This document shows positions 61,583-64,000 of a stretch of DNA of 64,000 bases, one piece after another. The DNA comes from Amoebidium appalachense (lineage: Eukaryota; Protista; Ichthyosporea). A program made the translations under genes and the position numbers. The stretch is from contig CAVNZM010000005.1 in NCBI GenBank assembly GCA_963693365.1, forward strand, positions 12,671,728-12,735,727, in the 5' to 3' direction. Under the pieces are notes generated by a model. That model ran no database searches. It had not been told where the DNA came from and saw nothing but the letters and a program-made list of their open reading frames with translations. The first letter of the stretch is position 1; each line of letters starts with the position of its first letter.

Positions 61583-61982
61583 ATGGAGGGCGGGCAGGCT
61601 CTGGGGGCGGCACTAAGCCAGCTACTGAGCACGTTTGGTGGCTACAAGCAGGCGTGTGGGTCGCAGAGGGCCAACGAGGACGGCACAGGTTTAAGCCATT
61701 CTCCGTGAATTCCTTTCGTCCCCCCTCCCCCCCCCCCCCCCGCCCCATCTCCCCCCCTTCCCCTCCCCCCCCCCCCCCCCCCTCCCCCCCCCCCCCCCCC
61801 CCCCCTCTCTCTCTCTCTCCCGCCCCTCCCCCTCACACACACAAACACACACACTCTCTCTATCTTGCTCACTCTCTCACTCTCACTCTCTCACTCTCTC
61901 TCTCTCTCTCTCTCTTTCTCTCCCCCCCCCCCCCCCTCTCTCTGTCTCTCTGTCTCTCTTCTCTCTCTCTCTCTCTCTTCTT

Positions 61983-62051
<69 letters not shown>

Positions 62052-62122
62052 CACTTCTCTCTCTCTCGCTCTCGCTCTCTCTCTCCCCCTCACACACACA
62101 CTTCTCTTTCTCCCTCTTTCTC

Positions 62123-62173
<51 letters not shown>

Positions 62174-62903
62174 TCTTCCTTCCCCGCTTCCTTCGATCCC
62201 TTGTTCTTTTTAATCTCCCTCCGTCCCTTTTCCCTCCCACCTTCCCTCCCTCCCTTCCTCCCTCCCTCCCTCCCCCGCCTCCCTCCCTTCCTCTCTCCCT
62301 CCCTCCCACATCCCCTCCCTGCCTCCCCTCCCTCTCGCTCTCCCCAAATCTCTGTCCCCCCCCCCCCCCCCCCTCTCCCCCTCCCCCCCCCCCCCCCCCG
62401 GCGCCCGTTCTCCTAACCCCCCCCCCCCCCCCCGGTCGCTCACTCCTCTCCGCACCCTCTCTCTCTCCAGACCCCCCCCCACACACACACACACTCTTGC
62501 TCCCCCCCCCCCCCCCCCCCCCATAAAAAAAAAACAAAAAAAAAAACCGGTCTCTAAACACAGTCTCTCTTATCTCTCCCTTTTCCCTTTCCTGCTAATC
62601 CCCCCCCCCCCCCCCCCCAAAAAAAAAAAAAAAAAAAAAAAAAAATGTTTTTTAAAAAAAAAAAACAAAAAAAAAAAAACACAACCACCTCACACACCAC
62701 ACCCATCCATCCCGGGCCTAGGTATCCATGTTTCTATTTATTCTTCTTTCTTTTTTTTGGCCCCCTGGTAAGGTTTGGCATCTTACGGGGCAGCCATTTG
62801 AACTCTTTCTTGTAGTCTCTAAATTCCTCCTTCTTACCTCAATTCACATCCCTGTTCCCAAGAAGCCACCCTCCCCCCATACACACACACACACACACAC
62901 ACA

Positions 62904-62955
<52 letters not shown>

Positions 62956-63830
62956 GTTCACTTCTACCCTTTTCCATCTCTTCCGTCATTTCCCAACGTC
63001 TCGAAGCCCAGAGTAGTGCTGCCTTTGTTGTGGTTAGTCTTCGTGTGTTGCGGCGTGGTTGCCTACTTTGTACATATCAACTCTGCCTTATGGACTCTGA
63101 CCTCTCCCCCCCCCCCCCAGTGCACGTGTTTGGAGGGCACAATGCCGTGCAGGGGCGCAGTGAGGCACTTGGTCACGTGAACACCATGCGGAAGGCGCTG
63201 GAAATGTACAAGCCCTGGCAGGATGCAGGCGTGGGCCATCGGCTATTATTAGCATTTAGGGTGGGTGCAGTGCTATTATTGGCATGCAGTGCTAATATTA
63301 GCATACAGGGTGGGTGCAGTGCCATTATTAGCATGCCGGGTGGGTGCAGTGCTATTATTAACATTCAGGGTAGGTGCAGTGCTATTATTAGCACTCAGGG
63401 TGGTGCAGTGCTATTATTAGCACTTGGGTGGCTATGGTTCGAAGAACTTACACGTACACTCCACCTGTGAATGCTGTCTATCATGAGCAACACACTTGGT
63501 TTTCTCTGTGTGTGGGTTAGTGCTGGCGACTGCCCCCCCCCCCCCCCCCCCCCCTCCCCCTCCCCCCCAGATTTTTACTGTGGATGACTTGTCCTCCCTC
63601 CCCCCCCCCCCCCCCCCCCCCCCCCCCCGCCAGATTTTTACTGTGGATGACTTGTCCTCCTCCCCCCCCCCCCCCCCCCCCCCTCTTCCTATTAGGTGAC
63701 CACATACCCAAATTGCACTACCACCCACCAACACCCACCGATCCTTGAATGCTCAACCCCCCGCTTCTCCCCCCCCCCCCCCCCCCCCCCTTCACTTACA
63801 CACCACACTCATACACGGACACACAAACAC

Positions 63831-63898
<68 letters not shown>

Positions 63899-64000
63899 AC
63901 AAAGCTGTGCAAGAGACTGCATACACGGCAGGGGAGCGTGCAGTGCGCACGTGCCAAGACTTGATCGAGAGACACAGACCTGTGGCCCCTGCAAGTGTGG
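61583..64000 (+). CDS. Probable 5' exons of an unidentified gene (runs off the window)
   Basis: Candidate exons 61583-61688 (MEGGQALGAALSQLLSTFGGYKQACG...), 63121-~63230 (VHVFGGHNAVQGRSEALGHVNTMRKALEMYKPWQDAG) and 63898-end; each is a complex-sequence island bounded by the same poly-C/(CA)n-AG acceptors as the verified genes. Frame of the third exon and family are unresolved. Confidence 0.5.
63242..63430. repeat. ~30-bp minisatellite, 6-7 degenerate copies
   Basis: gctattattagca...agggtgggtgcagt repeated directly after the 63121 exon. Confidence 0.85.

Overview
Eukaryotic genomic DNA with small GT-AG exons embedded in introns packed with poly-C/poly-G runs and (CA)n/(TG)n/(GA)n microsatellites; almost all supplied long ORFs (poly-P/G, HT/CV repeats) are artefacts of these repeats. 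Manual splicing gives six genes and a probable seventh: (1) the 3' part of a large type-I membrane protein with at least 5 beta/gamma-crystallin-like, 10 EGF and 3 WSC domains (+, <1-16321, tail probably frameshifted); (2) a short BAP31/BAP29-like ER protein (-, 18424-22073) head-to-head with (3) a POLDIP2-like YccV+ApaG protein (+, 22547-28579); (4) an intronless N-myristoylated TLDc protein (+, 31366-32688); (5) a homeodomain-containing ceramide synthase (-, 41201-50465) head-to-head with (6) a CYHR1/ZFTRAF1-like RING/TRAF-zinc-finger gene (+, 51904-60334); (7) the 5' exons of an unidentified gene (+, from 61583). Non-genic items: a solo LTR, a hAT-type MITE with a perfect 8-bp TSD, a 33-bp inverted-repeat pair, a telomere-like G-rich array, several minisatellites, a 621-bp tandem duplication and an intronic repeat family with decayed hammerhead-like motifs. 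The gene set suggests a holozoan, plausibly a unicellular one (inference only). The most interesting signals are the crystallin-EGF-WSC receptor and the intron architecture. All calls come from manual translation and recalled family motifs; no searches were run.
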